From positions 1,504,001 through 1,568,000 of the forward strand of contig CAWEMM010000006.1 in NCBI GenBank assembly GCA_963810095.1: a stretch of DNA of 64,000 nt, written 5' to 3'. How positions within the stretch are numbered: position 1 is the stretch's first letter; every line of letters begins with the position of its first letter. The notes under the pieces were generated by a model. The model ran no database searches. It was not told where the DNA came from and saw only the letters and a program-made list of their open reading frames with translations. This stretch comes from an uncultured Chloroflexia bacterium (GTDB taxonomy: Bacteria; Chloroflexota; Anaerolineae; CG2-30-64-16). Position numbers and translations under genes: made by a program. Below, one piece after another: positions 63,656-64,000 of this stretch.

Positions 63656-64000
63656 TTACCGCACCTTGATCTCCACGAACGTGCTCATGCCCCACCGCAG
63701 CCCCGCATCGGCCGGCAGGTTGAGGTCAACCAGGACGTCGTAGATCTTGTCACCCCGGCGTTCGATGGCCAGCGGCGCGATGCGCGTCACTTTGCCCTCA
63801 AACTCCCGATCGGGCAGGGCGTCGACGGTGACTTTGACGGGCTGATCCGTGCGGACCAGGGCCACGTCTCCCTCTGCCAAATCCTCCGTGCGAACGCGCA
63901 GGCGCGTAAGATCGCCCAGGCGCAGGATCGGCACCTGGGGCGTAACCAGTTCGCCCTGGTCTACCAAGACCTCGCCGATTGTGCCGGCAAAGGGTGCGCG
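63656..64000 (-). CDS. HlyD/RND membrane-fusion adaptor protein, C-terminal part
   Basis: APFAGTI, GELV, VTVDALPDREFEGKV, LRWGMS; start outside window. Confidence 0.8.
   Translation of the reverse strand, partial: RAPFAGTIGEVLVDQGELVTPQVPILRLGDLTRLRVRTEDLAEGDVALVRTDQPVKVTVDALPDREFEGKVTRIAPLAIERRGDKIYDVLVDLNLPADAGLRWGMSTFVEIKVR

Overview
GC-rich bacterial chromosomal window, most likely Chloroflexota/Anaerolineae (inferred from a secreted protein ending in the Chloroflexi-type 'IYLPAVMR' tail and from the gene set). It is mostly housekeeping and metabolic genes: rarA, rsfS, ndk, queG, menG/ubiX, murA, gyrB, msrPQ, pyk, nth, a nuoB-CD-I sub-cluster and mrp. It also carries a rifamycin phosphotransferase (Rph), a HicAB toxin-antitoxin pair and several families of short palindromic intergenic repeats. 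About a dozen apparent frameshifts in otherwise intact genes look like assembly indel errors. I saw no tRNA, rRNA, CRISPR array, transposase or prophage. Best candidates for something undescribed: (1) two tandem leader-peptide/antiterminator/terminator units at 28388-28902 upstream of an unknown gene; (2) an orphan zinc anti-sigma factor fused to two sugar-type solute-binding domains (47061-49929); (3) an MshA-like glycosyltransferase coupled to a HAD phosphatase (candidate MshA2); (4) an efflux adaptor + PEP-synthase-like kinase + divergent PlsY operon; (5) a Q-module-only nuo cluster with repeat-extended NuoI and Cys-rich neighbours. All family calls come from recognising motifs by eye; no database search was run.
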